NCBI RefSeq assembly: GCF_001194135.2
Contig: NC_068981.1
Span: 25,947,864 to 26,011,863 of the forward strand
Reading direction: 5' to 3'
DNA length: 64,000 nucleotides
Origin: Octopus bimaculoides
Taxonomy: Eukaryota
Part shown: piece by piece, positions 26,072-40,505 of the stretch
Position numbering within the stretch: the stretch's first letter is position 1
Layout: the number at the start of each line of letters is the position of its first letter
The notes under the pieces: generated by a model
What the model was told of the DNA's origin: nothing
The model's input: only the letters and a program-made list of their open reading frames with translations
The model's database searches: none
Translations under genes and position numbers: made by a program

Positions 26072-26293
26072 AGTTCCAAATTTTGGCACAAGGTATGCAA
26101 TTTCTAGGGAAGGAGGAAGTAAGTCGATTACATTACATCCATTGCTCAACTGGTACTTATTTTATCGACCTCGAAGGTATGAAATGTAAAATCGACCTCA
26201 GCAGAATTTAAACTCAGACGTAAAGACAGTAGATACCACAAAGCATTTTGCCCGGAGTGGATACCGTTAAGCATTTTGCCAGTTCGCTGCCTT
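26072..26293 (-). mobile_element. SINE family B copy
   Basis: TTTGGCACAAGG..GTAAGTCGATTAC..CTGGTACTTATTTTATCGACC..GAATTTAAACTCAGACGTAAAGAC..TTCGCTGCC. Confidence 0.75.
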
Positions 26294-26524
26294 AATATGA
26301 TACTTAATATATAAAAAAAGGTTCTTTGGGAGAGGTCCTTTCCTATTCATTTAGCTATGAGATGACCATTAGAGCTATCAGACATATGTTCGTTTCGTAC
26401 TGTTTTATAGCCTTGGGAGTAGGATAAACATTAACCTTCCGCCATACTTTTCATGTCACAGAAATGATAAAAAGATTCTGCTGGATTGTGTTGAAACTGG
26501 ACGATCCTTAAGTTGAAATAAATT

Positions 26525-26617
26525 TGATTCTGTAAACTACGAAACAAATGGTAGTCTGAAGGAGCAAGACCGGGAGAATAAGGTCGATGTGGAATTTTTC
26601 TCACAAACAAGCTCTTC
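26525..26617 (-). mobile_element. Second mariner transposase fragment
   Basis: IPHRPYSPGLAPSDYHLFRSLQN. Confidence 0.85.
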
Positions 26618-26858
26618 AGATTTTGGCACAAGTTCAGCAAGCCCTTCAGATTTTAGCACAAGGCCAGAAATTTCGGTGGGAAGGATAAAGTTGGTTTTAT
26701 TGATTCCAGTGAGCAGCTATTATTTATTTTATCGACCTCCGGAAGGATGAAAATAAAATCGACCTCGATAGAATTTGAACTCTTAACATAAAGACGGACG
26801 AAGTGCCTACTAAATGTTTTGCCAAGCATGCTAGCGATTCTGCTAGCTCATCGCCTTA
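26612..26858 (-). mobile_element. SINE family B copy with a duplicated tail
   Basis: TTCAGATTTTRGCACAAG occurs twice; TTTTATCGACC..GAATTTGAACTC..GATTCTGCTAGCTCATCGCC. Confidence 0.7.
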
Positions 26859-28320
26859 GAACGCCATGAAATATTGTCATTTGAATGGACTTTACAATAT
26901 CATTATGGATAATAATTACCATTTATTGTAAAATGCATTGTCACTTCGATCAATGATTGAAGTCAGGACGTAAATAGTATGATCTAAAAGCAAGAATGAC
27001 AATTGCTTTGACTAGATTGTCCATCTCGCATTGTAAATAACACACAGGGAATTTTCCTTACAATGTTCCAAGTTTCTCGTAATCCTCATTGATGTGAATA
27101 CTTTACCCTGATATTAAACACATATGCGTATAATTGATGAATTTCTGCACAGTTTCCTTCCACTATATTACGCTCGACGCGACGGTAGAGAATACTAGCG
27201 CATAGGTGTGTAGTGGTATCCGAAAGACAAGGTTACGAAGCGAACGTCTTAACTACAAACTTATTCGTACGTGGTTATTTCATCAATATTGTTTTGGAGA
27301 TACCTAAAATATATAATGAGCTTGTTATTAAGTTATTTCCCATTTTGTGACAGTACTAAAAATAATTTTATAGAATGAAAATAAGATAAAATGAAAAAGA
27401 TACGTTTTACACGACTGTGAACATCTAATATAAGCAAAATGAAGGAATATTATGATAAACAACGTGTGGTTGAATGGCGAATGGTAGATATGTCACACAT
27501 TTATCTGGCAGGCTTGGGGTGTTGAGAGAATTTATTAAGGCGTCGGGCAATATGCCATCCGTCGTTTTACGTACTGTGTTCAATTCACGCCATGATCAAG
27601 TTGAATTTCATTCTTCAGTGGTCGGTGAAATCAAACGAATAACATCTATCCTTCAAAACCGCAGGCCTTTTTTCTTAGCTAGAAACTATATATACTTTGA
27701 CAAAATCAGTAGAGACTCTGAAATACATATCATGCTCTATTTACTTGCAACTCACAAAATTTAGAGTTGAAATACACTGAGATTCATTTCGCCTTTCAGT
27801 CTTGTAGATGCGATAAATAGAGTATCACTCAAATATTGAGAGAGTCTAATCGAAAGTACTCCAGATGCAAAATCACTGGTTTTGTAGTTAATTTAGAGAT
27901 CAATATTATGTTGATCCCATTTACCTTCTGACTTTAAATATTACTGGAATAGATTTTGCCTTTCATTTATTCGGGGTATTAAAATATCGGTACCATTAAT
28001 GTTCTGGGTAGTTTTAATCGGTTATTTTCATTTCCGACAGAGTCGTGGCATCGTGCCAAACTTAGAAATCAATAATATGATAAATAAAGAAAGATAAAGA
28101 AATCGTAATTTGGCTTTATAACCTGATGCAGTTCAAAGTTCAAGTTTCATTAAGCAAACAATACAAGGCAGACAATGCTGCCCATAAAACAATATACATA
28201 TATGCGTGTGCGTGTGCCAGTATATATTAATATACATACATACTCACATACATAAATACATACATACATATATGTATGTGTGTGTATATATATGTATGCG
28301 TATATATATATATGTGTATA

Positions 28321-28398
<78 letters not shown>

Positions 28399-31300
28399 TG
28401 TTTGTGTATAAACAAGCTGTAGCGTGCTATTATACACTAACCATCAAACTGATTCAATAAAACAAAAATTGATACATATGAATAGCATTCTAAATATGAT
28501 CCGAAGAGCGAAGATAACAATCGAAATCAGGAAAGAAAACAATGCAAACAAAAAGCAAGCAAGTAAACAAAACTAAACAAGAAATAGCGGAGTGGAAAAA
28601 AAATTGAAATAAATAAAAAGAAATCTGACGTCATTAAAATAGAGAACGCTTCCTTTGAATATAAACAGGTAATATATAAAACATCCTATTTCGTTGAAGG
28701 AAATCTGTTTAATCTTTCTTTCAGATTGTTGAAATGAGAAAGGGTTTTTTGTTTCGTTTCGCTTTTCAGGTTGTAGGTTCTCGTATGATTAGTAAATATA
28801 TAACTATATTTAGACTTTTGTTATTATTTGTTTTCCGGCTAGGTCAAACTGGGTTAGTTTTTTGAATCAAATATCGAAATAGGGAAATGAAACCTATGCA
28901 TCACTGGGAGGATAGGGCTTTGTGAATTACGTTTATTAGAATTCATTTATTTTTGACATTGTTTGTCTTTGCAAATACGAAGATCGATCCGAAATGCATT
29001 ATCAAGCGAATTCAATTCATGAAAATCTGGACCGTACTTTGAGAACTGTAAACTCGTTATGAAAACATATCGTGGAGTTATTGGTATCGTAAGCCTCTAA
29101 GAACAAATTCATATTCATCTCATGTGACAGAGCTTTACATAGAATAGTTGCACTGGGAAAATTGTAAATCTGACAGATTAAGTTGTAACTTTAAGGAATA
29201 ACTCGAGCGCATGATGAATCAACCCTGTCTATTATAGATGAATTCATTGCAAATCGTAAACAAATATCTCGATTCTGTCCGAAAAAATAGTTTTAGATCC
29301 CAAAGCCGATGAAGCACACTATCAACAGCCTGCATGATACGTGGCCATACTGTAATAATTGGCTTTCATTTAGATACGATACCAGTACTTTTCACGGCAG
29401 GAGTGTTAGTTGACTACGCTGACTCAATTCCTTGACACTTAGCTTTATCGATCGACGAGGGATTAAAGTCAAAAGTGACCCGTGCAAGATTTATCCACAG
29501 TATGTAAAGAACTGCGAGAAGTACTGCAAGGCATTTCTTTCGATGTCTATCGATTCTGCCATTAAACTGTCCTTATAAGATATTGCTGTAATAATGGTTC
29601 CTGATTTAGAGATGTTACATGACACCCTCGATCCTAGTACTAGAACAGAAACATTTTGGTCAAGGGCTTTGAAATTTGAGAAATATTTTATTGACCCCGA
29701 AATGATGAAAGAAAAAGTTAATCGCTGTCGGATTTGGACTCAGAAGATAAGGAACCGGGATAATACCATAATTAATGTATCTGAAACTTTAATGGGTCTG
29801 CGTTTTATTCGACATGATAACTAGAGATACTAGTCAAATCTTCCTTAAAATGCACATTACTGTCTTACTAAAGGAAAGATACATGATACAATGTAGACCT
29901 ACCAATCTTTAAATAAATGAACTAGTCATGATTGATCGTACATCTGTTCAGTTAGAGATGAACTTAGAAGAAATAACAGTAACTGTCTAATCAAAGCAAT
30001 ATATATTACTAACTCACAATACTCCGTGTGAATGAAGATAAGTACTGAAACTAAGCTAACTGGGACACTTTGAAATTGTGTATTGCTGACCGCAAATATA
30101 CCTGCCTCTAGACACATCCGCAGTCGCTAAGAAGGTGACTGGCAACATCCTCTTACTCATATTTCATCATATTTCTCAAATATCAAAGCCCTTGAACAAA
30201 ATGCACCATGTGTTTCTGTCGCAGCTTCACTGTAATAGTGCAGGCAAATGCCATAAGCACTACTTCAGACATTATTTCATATAAGGTTCACTGCTTATTT
30301 TATAGTTCCCCCATCCACAGAATCAACGATTGTTAATTAAATGTTGTTTGCAGAAGAAGATGAGATTGAAATTATATTTAATTCAGGTGTCGGAGCTTAT
30401 GTCTTCTATATGACAAAGATCTTTAGAACCTATGATTATTCATCGGTCTAACTGAAGGGAATATCTAAACGTATGGACAAGACGACGATCTCTTTCAATT
30501 AACCATAAATTTTGAATGAAGTAAACTAGATATCACACGATTATATGCTATACGTATACAAAGATGAACTCACACAAAATAAAAACACTCTTAGGTGACA
30601 CAATTCCTGGAGCACTTTTAGACTTGCTCCATCAACCACGCAAAAAGAAGCCTAGACCTCTTGTAGAATAGGAGTAATGACTTAATCTTTACCAGATGAC
30701 TACGAATGGACCACTATTGACTGTAAATCTATTCAATAGAAACTGACCTGAGGATGAAAACTACAGTAAAGCGATATACGTTCTCTATAAAAAGCTAAAT
30801 GTCACTGTCACATCTGCAACGCATTGCTTTTAGCAGGTTACAATGTTATATACACACATCTAAATTAAATGTTATCTCTTATTCAGGCATAGCACAAGGC
30901 GTGAAGGTATGGAGAATGAAGGCGAGTTTCATAGCAATATACTCATGTCATGTAATATTCATGTCTCGTGTTGTGAAGTTAGCTTTATCTTGGGATGCTA
31001 GCGATTGAAAATTATGGGGTTACATAAAATTACTAGAGGGGAAATTATTTAAGTGAGATATGTTTTTGTTTTTTCTTATAGTTTCTGAAAATGTTATTGT
31101 GAATATTTGTCTTAAATGCATGGAAAAGCAGAAAGGAAATCTAAAACACCTATCCAAAAACTTTATATGATCTCATTAACACACTTTCCCCATTTTGCAA
31201 CTTTCTATGCGTTATCCGGCAAGCTTGCCGTTGAATGAAATTCTCTCATTGATTGTATTCGACTGTTGTTATTGCATCCTTGTAATGATCGATTCCAAAC

Positions 31301-31663
31301 AAGCGTGACATTTGTTTCACGTCCATTGAATGACTAAAAGTAATAAAACGTCCATCACTCCCTTTATCAATGAATGCAAACATGTGTAGAGGGAAAACAA
31401 AACCAAAAACGCAGGATTGGTCTCAGACGCTACATTTCATCCCTATAACATTGCACAGAACTTTAATTATTTGCAGCAGACTTGTTCCTGTATTTTTTTT
31501 AATAGAGTCACAGTCCAATACGGTGGGTTAACAGGAATACATTAAATAAAAATCCTTTGATGAGTGTCATTCATCGATTGTTTTACTAGCATATCACTGT
31601 CTACATGACTCTTTGTCTATCTGTCTGTCTATCAATTTCTCTAACTGTCTGTGTGTATTTATG

Positions 31664-31700
<37 letters not shown>

Positions 31701-34700
31701 NNNNNNNNNNNNNNNNNNNNNNNNNNNNNNNNNNNNNNNNNNNNNNNNNNNNNNNNNNNNNNNNNNNNNNNNNNNNNNNNNNNNNNNNNNNNNNNNNNNN
31801 NNNNNNNNNNNNNNNNNNNNNNNNNNNNNNNNNNNNNNNNNNNNNNNNNNTATATATATATATATATATATTATTTTGCTTAAAAGAGTTCCAACAATGT
31901 CTGTTTTTTATGTTTTATTTATATTCCTGCAGAACTAATGTGGGGTATAGAATATGGAATATACAATATACAATATAAAATAAAATAAAATAAAAATGGA
32001 TGGCACCATGAAAGAAAGTATTGAATGTAGATGAAATATTGAGTGTTCAATATAAAGGATCAAATATATAAATATATAAATATAAATATATATATATAAA
32101 GGCGACTCGAGTTTCAGGGCTATTTCCCTTCGTCATGGCCGGTATGACAGACTTTAAATATATATAACACGGAAAACTGTGAACATGCAAAGTAATATCC
32201 TTAAGATTATATACCTGGAAAATACAGGACAAGTTATTATTTCTAGTAAAGTAAAAAAAAAACAAGAAAATGTTTACTTAAAATAATGCAGCAAGGAATG
32301 TTAGTTCTTCTAATTTATCACTCAACAGTTCTCATCTTTTAAATTTATTCTACAAAACTGTTCAGCTAATTTGTAAGTTTATCTAATTAGTCAGTTTTTT
32401 TTTTTTGTATTTGAGGTAGTAAATTAACCAAATTCTACTTAAATAACTTTAGTGCTAATTGTAAACTACAATAAAATAATTTTTCATATTCAAATTTTAA
32501 TTTTAGCTACAATATCTTAAGTAAAACTTTGACAAGTGTAAGTTTGTAACTTTCTGTCAAACAATTCTTAGACTGACATCTTTTTCTATACAAACCGATA
32601 TTTGCAATCTTAACTGATGCACACAGACACACACGTGCACACACACGCACACTCACACACACACACACACGCACCCCCACACACTCACACTCACATACAT
32701 ACACGTGCGCGTGTATGTTTGTTGATTTCACTTGTTTTATACGACCACTTAGAGGTAAAACGTGTTGTCTGAGATAAGTCTTGCAAATATGCTTTAATAC
32801 TAAATGTATACCACTCCACCACCTGCCACCTGTTATTGTATTGTTTTATACATGTTGATTAACCATATAGTAGAGCATATCACATATAAAAACTCAAAAA
32901 CTCACGCAGACAGTCACACATATATAAATATGTGTGTACATGTGTTCTTGTGTGTTTATGTGTGTGTGTACTTACATAAGACGGTTTTTCTATATTAATT
33001 GTCATTTCGAAGATATTCTGTAATTTTCGTTATGGCTGAAGATGCTGTGAAGTAGGATCAAATTCAGAAACACTTGTTTGCCAAATCTCACTGGAATTAC
33101 TTGTTAAAATCAGTATTAACACCGCAGTGTTTCCCTCCACTTATAACCTGCGTAAAATGTATATGAATGATATTTGTGCAAAAATATGCTTCTAAAGAAT
33201 GAGTTTGGTGGCAGAATTTCAATTCTTACATTCAACAAATTCTCCTGATATCACTCACCCTGTAAATTTTCTTTGCGAATCTACGAATTCTAAAAGTCAT
33301 GGCATGCGTGCTAATGACCTGTCTTATTCGAGTAAATTACTCTACGCAACGTTAGAAAGAAAGTGAGAGAAATCTCGCTTTGGAGATCATTCCGTCTAAT
33401 GATTAATTTTACTTACGATCATTGAATGACTTTAAAAATGTGTAGAGTCTTACCTTATTCAATTTCCTTATTTTCTCATCCGTATATTAGTACTAATGTA
33501 TATATCTAACAAGAGTTAATTAAGTGAAAAATTAAAGGAGATTTTTTTCGATAAAACATCGGATCCACGCAGCAACAGTTTACAAATAATATCCAAAGTC
33601 GTACGTTGACGCAAAATCTCATTATATTTTCTTTTTGATTCAGATCACTAAAAATACTCACATTAGAGTATTTTCGATCGATGCGTTACATAAACACCAT
33701 ATTGAAAAGTGTAAAATCTACGTTATATATCGAATAAAAAGAAAGATGCCTATTTACAGTTTTCCATACAATTTCTGATCGAATGTCATTCGTTCATCAT
33801 TGAAATTTTATGAGTGACATACTATTATATCACACACACATTACGCAAGAAAACCACTTAAGACGGAAAAAAATGTTGATCAATATTGATTTATTTTTTC
33901 TCAGACGCAAAATAATATACTTTTCTCTTTCTCGTATAGAAACGAGAGTATAGAAATCCGAACAATAAATTTTTCCAGAGTAAAGAAGAGATATGGTTTT
34001 ATGAATATTTTGTGGATACTGTGGTTAAGTAAACATAGACCTGTGTGAAGTTAGCGTTTTTGCATAAAGGTGAAACGAGTCTGTAAATTGCTAGCAATCC
34101 CTGATTATAAACCTTCCATATTCTTCCATTCCTACATTAAATATAAAAACCTACGAATGCACACTGCATATTGATCGATCGGTTTAAAAACACGAGGCAT
34201 GAGAATTCTGAGTAATTAATAAATGATGCGGGTCAATGACAAAACCTATATGCAGTCGATAAATCTACCAGAAATCAAAGCTAAATTTTCACCAAATCAT
34301 ACATATTCTTTAAAAAATACAATTATGGAAACAATATGAATTCCTTTTAAATTTTCGCCAACATTAAACAAGTTTGCGAGATGTGTACTGATATTTCATG
34401 GAGAGCAAAGGAACATATTTAAAATGAACAGAATGGGTTTTATACTCAGCATGGGAATTTATTGTATTTTGTTATCAATCGCACTTCGGTCTGATAACTT
34501 TCAAATTACAATATAAAAGAAACTAACAAATTCAATCAGTAACAGCAAAGCAATTGTCTACAGTAGCTTACAATTAACACTTAATGGGCAGTAAAATATG
34601 TCAGTTGTGCATATTTTGGCGGGGTTGCCTGTAACTGCTAGCAATTTAGTTTCTATGTTTCTATTGATGAATGTTTTCTGGTATTGTTGGAAGGAAGAAA

Positions 34701-37700
34701 AGCAGTTGATTTATTACGCAGCTCCTGTTGTTGTAAAGCCAGGTTTTTAGATGATTTAAAAGGGATTATTACAGTTCTTTCTAGAGAATAGTAGATGCAG
34801 ATGTGTATTATTATCTACATACGTGGCTGCCCGTATGGTCTATGGAGATGGAGACGTATTTTGCCGGCACAAGCAGAATGAAATGGATGAAAAACGCAAT
34901 CATTTTTGTACTCCATTGTAGTAATTGCAGGTTCTGCAAGGTCTGTTCTCGAAAACCACTCAGGATTGTCGGAGCGACACTGTTTTACTATCCACTATTC
35001 TGTTTTTCTGTTAAAATGGTACTCAATACACTTTGATTGATTCATTGCTAGAAATGAAATAAAACTCTTTGCCGTTGTTGGTAACAGGAACGCTATATGT
35101 GAGAGATTGCCATGTATTTTTTGTGAAAGTATTGATGTTCGGAACCCGTGTTGTTATTTGGAGTAAGGGATGTGCATGTGTCAGGAATAAACCTGCACAT
35201 CCAACTGTTTAAATGTCAAGAAATTTAGGGAGTAAACTTGAGCTTTTCAGTTGGAATAATTTTGACAACAATTCATTCCGGCAATTTACCAATACTACCA
35301 CGACTAGTGAAACAGTTTGCGTTTCCTTGATTTCTTCATGTATGAATTGTTTTTGGTTGATCCTTTTTTCATTTTTAGATTTCGCAGTAGCGTTTTAGCC
35401 GAGTAAGAGAAGTGGGCTACAAGGGCAGTGTTGCTGGAACCGCCTTTTTTTTGTACTCCTGTATACGCCGTGTAGCATTTTTCTATTAGATTTGTCGTTT
35501 GCGTTTGCTTGGAAAGCTTACCATTTTTGTCTGCTTCTATTCTTTATATTTTTCATATTTAGGCGTTTGATGCTCTCTTTTATGTAGGATATGCTGAGGT
35601 TTTGGTGCTTGGTGTTTGAACTTTACAATGAATACAAAGCTGGCTGTTGCTGTTGGCAGAAGGGCCTGTATCTTGAATGTTGTTTCGTGGGGGGGGGGGC
35701 TTATTTTGGATGCTTCTATAATCATTTGGAATATATGCTATGTAGTGTCTTCAAATGATATTAACGTGCTACAGAATTCTGAAACGTTAATTTGATTACA
35801 TTTATGTATTTGTTTTGAAAGTTTCTTAATGTGAAATCGTTGTTGAATCAGATATTCTTATACTTGGGGTGGCCATATTTTGCCTATTAAACACACACAC
35901 ACACAACATGTTTGTTCTTTGCTTCAGCTTTATTATCATTATTTTAGTTTCCGTGTGAAAGCGGTTTTGAGAAAGACAAAATAGAATAAGCAGAACAAGA
36001 GGAGACACATGGGACAGAGAGTCGCTGAAGAGGTGACTCGATGTGTGACGAAAGAGCTTTGAGAAAGAAACTAAACTAATATTAATAAACCTGAAGTGAA
36101 GACCAAGTATATAGTACGTGTGTTTAATTGGCAGAATATGACCATCACCAAGTATGGCAATATGTTAATTTTATTTCATGGTGAAACGCATTTTACTATG
36201 CTTCTCTGAAATTTGTAAAAGTGTTTTTGCACTTTTCATTGAAATATGTGCTAAGATTAGAGGACTACTGGAGAATGGTTTATCAAGTGGTTGTTGTAAT
36301 AATGTATGTGAAACTAAATTGGTTTCTGAGGAAAATTTGTTTTAGTTAACTTGGTAAGCTATGTGTGCATGTTGACGAAGAGTATTTAGTAGTGATTGAT
36401 TAATTACGACCGGCTAGAGTATTTTAAATCGTGAATATTGATAGGAATCTAAACTTTAAATAATTTTCCAATTAATTTTCATGGCGATACAATCATGGAT
36501 TAAAAGTTTTCAATATCTGCTTTTGCTTGATAATTGAATTATACACATTTGTGATGTTATGAATTGTGGGCGCTTTCCTCTTAAATTCGTTAACATTTCT
36601 TCTTAAGTTGTGTTTTCTAATTTCAACTAGGAGGGTAGTTTGATCTACTTGAGAATTATTAGTGAATGCCATTAATACATCTTATTTATCTAAATTCCTA
36701 CCATTGGCCAGCTTGAATTTTTCACATTAAAACATCTTGTTGCTAAACAATCAAATATTAACCCCCACCTATTCCTAATCATGGTGCACGTATAGCTATT
36801 ATTTTCCATCAGTCATGTCATTACACAACACCTTAGATCACACGATGCTGGTTCATTCCTTGCTGAAGCTTTACACATATTTTTCTAATTTAAGAAAGAC
36901 TAGAAAATTTGAAGGACACTTATAATTGAAGCGTCCTTTATATTATTGCTCCGGAAAAGATAAGATCTAAAATTTCCTTCAGTGGAATTGGAACTCACAA
37001 TGCAAAAGTCTAAGAAGAAATTTATCTCCGAAGCTCTAACGATGCTGGAAGACCGCCACCTTGAAGCTCTACATTATGAAATAATCAATATAAAATACAT
37101 TTATTATATAACATTAAAATTGACATCTTATGTAGACATAACGCTAAATATCGGAGAAAAGAATATGAATGATGAGCCGAATAGTGTACTTGAATGTTAC
37201 ATATTTCCTCGATTCCAGAAGGAAGGAGGAATTTTAACACAGGCGGGTTACAAAGGATGGGAAGATACGAATGAAAATAAGGTGCAGTATTTATATCCTG
37301 CTTCACCACTATTACTAAGCAATTCTTTCTACTGTAGGAACAAGGCCTCGTGTTTTCTGATAATTAATTATATAACAGATCACATTTTTCCGGTATTCTG
37401 CCGAACTACGAATTATATAAAACATGATGTTTTGTTTATATTCTTTCAATGTAATTACAGACCGCATTCATTTATATACATTTAAATGGTAATGGCTATG
37501 TTTTCGAGCATATTTCTGCACAACAGTTAATTCTGTTAAGAAGCTTCGTTCCGCTTTAGTGATTAGCTTCGATATTTAACTTTCAAAACTTAATATAGTT
37601 TCTAAAATATGAAGAATATTTTGTAGCAATAACATATGCATGTCTACAGGTATGCAATGCCATTGAAATTCGAAAGAATGCAATGAGGTTTGGGTTTAAC

Positions 37701-38329
37701 AACGTATAAACCACATTCTACTTAATCACCTTCCTTCGCGAGGACAGGTTTTCTTCAACTGTCATTTTATATTTTATGTCTCTACTGATTTACTGATTCC
37801 TTTTTCAGTTTCCTTTTACTCCTTCCTTCTCTGTATGAACTATTTCCTTTCTATGCTTTCTCTGCCCTAAGCAATTATATTTTCCTAAATCGTTGTACCT
37901 GTGTTTCAATTTGCATATCTATTGTTTCCATTTTATGATTCATTCGTCATGTTGCTTTATCTTTGCATGCCAGTTCATTTAGGTATTTATGCGGTTTGCT
38001 TTAAAATAAATCTTGTTTACTTTCAGATAATTAACTGCCTACAAAACCATAAATGAACGAAATATTGGACAGAAAATACCTGCACCGATAAAAATATTAG
38101 GATAACACTTCAATTTTCACTTTCCATACTCCAGTACCGTTTGCCGCGTTTGTTTATGTAAAGAATGTAAATATACAGAACTTGCGTCGCCTTTGAAGCA
38201 AATAAAGCTGAGGTCGACTTTATGTTTCCTTTTGGGGTGAATAAACTAAGTCTCAGTTGAGCGCTGGGATCAATGTTATCGACTTACCCAGCCCTCTAAG
38301 TGACTGGCCTTCGACAAACAATTGGAGCC

Positions 38330-38330
<1 letters not shown>

Positions 38331-38412
<82 letters not shown>

Positions 38413-38475
38413 TTATTATTATTTTTATTATTACTATTATTATTATTATTATTTTTATTATTATTATTATCATTA
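38331..38475. repeat. (ATT)n microsatellite
   Basis: Direct reading. Confidence 0.97.
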
Positions 38476-38969
38476 CTGAGTGAGAGAGCAGTGCATCACA
38501 AACATATATGTGCGAAATAATGATCTTACTGTAAACATTTTCTTACTCCTTTGTTGAAGAACTGACCAGGATTCTAACTAGGTTCTCTGGCAGCCATCGG
38601 CGCAGAATTTATTGTTTTGGGGTGGGGGTGGGTGGTGGGATTAATCCACTTTTTAAAAGCATAACATATGGCGTCAAAGTTTTCGACAAAAGTAGGTAAA
38701 TAAGAGTTTCGAACGGCATTCTTGAGTCCCAAGATTAACGGTTTTAAACCAACGAAGAGCGCAAGAACACCAAAGCCATAACTACATTTAACCACAAATA
38801 TGGAAACAATATCAATAACAAGAATGGTAATAAAAACGAAATAATAGGCGGTGACATCAACACTATACCATCCTACCACCATGTCAGCCAAAATTTAATT
38901 TAACTACTCCTTCACCAAGATTTGAATATTGTACCTGTAGTAGAATAGGAAAAAATACTATTATAGCTA

Positions 38970-39080
38970 CGAGCGGGCAGAACCTTTAGCGCGTCGGACA
39001 AACTACTGAGCGGTATTTCATTCAAATCGCGCCGACATCAATTTTGCCTTTCATCCTTTCGGAATCGCTAAAATTAAGAG
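38970..39080 (+). mobile_element. SINE family B fragment, internally deleted
   Basis: GAGCGGGCAGAAC..TGAGCGGTATTTC|ATTCAAATC..TTTTGCCTTTCATCCTTTCGG. Confidence 0.6.
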
Positions 39081-39513
39081 CCAATGACGTACTAAGATCA
39101 AGGTTATTGACGTCTGTTCAAAACTACAACTGTAAGAACATCAACAATAACAGTATGTAACAGAAGCTCTTGCTTTCAAGGAGATATCTGATTCCAACTC
39201 TGCAAATATTGAAGGAGACCTCCTCTGAGTCATGATGAAGAATTAACGAACACGAAGCCACTCAGGGTATTCATGCCCACTACCACTTCATCATCTAATG
39301 ATGATAAAGATGAACTACAAAATACAGTCGAGTGGAGTTGTTATAAATAAAAAGGAAAAGCAACGAATGGGTGGACCTGCTTTACGATCAGTACCAAAGA
39401 TTCACCAAAAATAAGCTGTTAATAATCACTATGTTGGCTGCATTATGCTTTAAATACGCATGGTCATTCGTAGCTTGGATAAATCCCAGCATGTTCACAT
39501 TCATTTTGTTTAT

Positions 39514-39722
39514 CTCTTTTACCTCTTTTACTTCCTTCAGTCATTTTGATTGTGGCCAAGCTAGAGCACCGCCTTTAGTCGAGCAAATCGACCCCAGCAC
39601 TTATTTTTTGTAAGCCTAGTACTTATTCTATCGATTTCTTATGCCGAACCGCTAAGATACGGGGACGTAAACACACCAGCATCGCTTGTCAAGCGATGTT
39701 GGTGGGGACAAACGGAGACAAT

Positions 39723-39776
<54 letters not shown>

Positions 39777-39974
39777 ACATACACACACATATACATATAT
39801 ATACATATATACAACGGGCTTCTTTCAGTTTCCGTCTATCAAATCCACTCGCAAGGCTTCGGTCGGCCCGAGGCTATAGTAGAAGACACTTGCCCTAGGT
39901 GCCACGCAGTGGGACTGAACCCAGAACCATGTGGTTCGTAAGCAAGCTACTTATCACCCAGCCACTCCTACGCC
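39514..39974 (-). mobile_element. Full-length tRNA-derived SINE family A (octopus OR/OK-like)
   Basis: Minus strand: A-box-like TGGCTGGGTGATAAG, B-box-like GGGTTCAGTCCC, internal (TG)n/(TA)n, and tail (GTAAAAGAG)n. Confidence 0.9.
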
Positions 39975-40271
39975 ATACCTATTCTTGTCACAAAAGTTGA
40001 AGTTCAACGAATATCTGTCAGACCTAGGTGCTGTTATCAAACCTAAGTGGTATGTTCTTAACCGAGACTGCCTAACGTACCCTATTTGCTTTTATTCTTC
40101 AATTTAGCAGTTTATGAAATCATAGATGTTTTATACAGCCACTTTGTGTAGTTAGTCGAGTGTCTGTTAAATTTTCTACTCACCTTGTCTCTGTTGTTCT
40201 ACATCCCCGCAAGTATTAGGTATCCAGTTTGTTAAACGACTAACGTATGTATGAACGGCCTCTGTAAAAGA

Positions 40272-40287
40272 TATTATTATTATCATT

Positions 40288-40319
<32 letters not shown>

Positions 40320-40325
40320 TATTAC

Positions 40326-40385
<60 letters not shown>

Positions 40386-40405
40386 CATCATTATTATTAT
40401 TATTA

Positions 40406-40466
<61 letters not shown>

Positions 40467-40505
40467 CATCATCATTATGAATGTTATTGCTGTTGTTGTT
40501 GTTAT
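40272..40505. repeat. Compound (ATT)n/(CAT)n/(TGT)n microsatellite
   Basis: Direct reading. Confidence 0.97.

Noticed and set aside
30748-30785. CTGAGGATG...CGATATACGTT after a possible PLE C-terminal remnant
   Set aside because: GAAA is absent and stem II does not form; too degenerate to call.
35400-35560. Possible GIY-YIG remnant on the minus strand (RRIQEYK, TALVAH)
   Set aside because: Needs several frameshifts and has no YIG motif; cannot be separated from chance by eye.
36982-37485. 167-aa ORF in AT-rich DNA
   Set aside because: Non-ATG start, no recognisable motif and no clear splice signals; treated as chance unless a protein search finds homologues.
38475-38520. Sequence after the (TTA)n tract as the end of another TAA-targeting element
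   Set aside because: No coding signal and no second copy in the window to support it.
39900-39974. tRNA gene suggested by A/B boxes
   Set aside because: No cloverleaf can be folded, and the boxes continue into a SINE body found in several copies.
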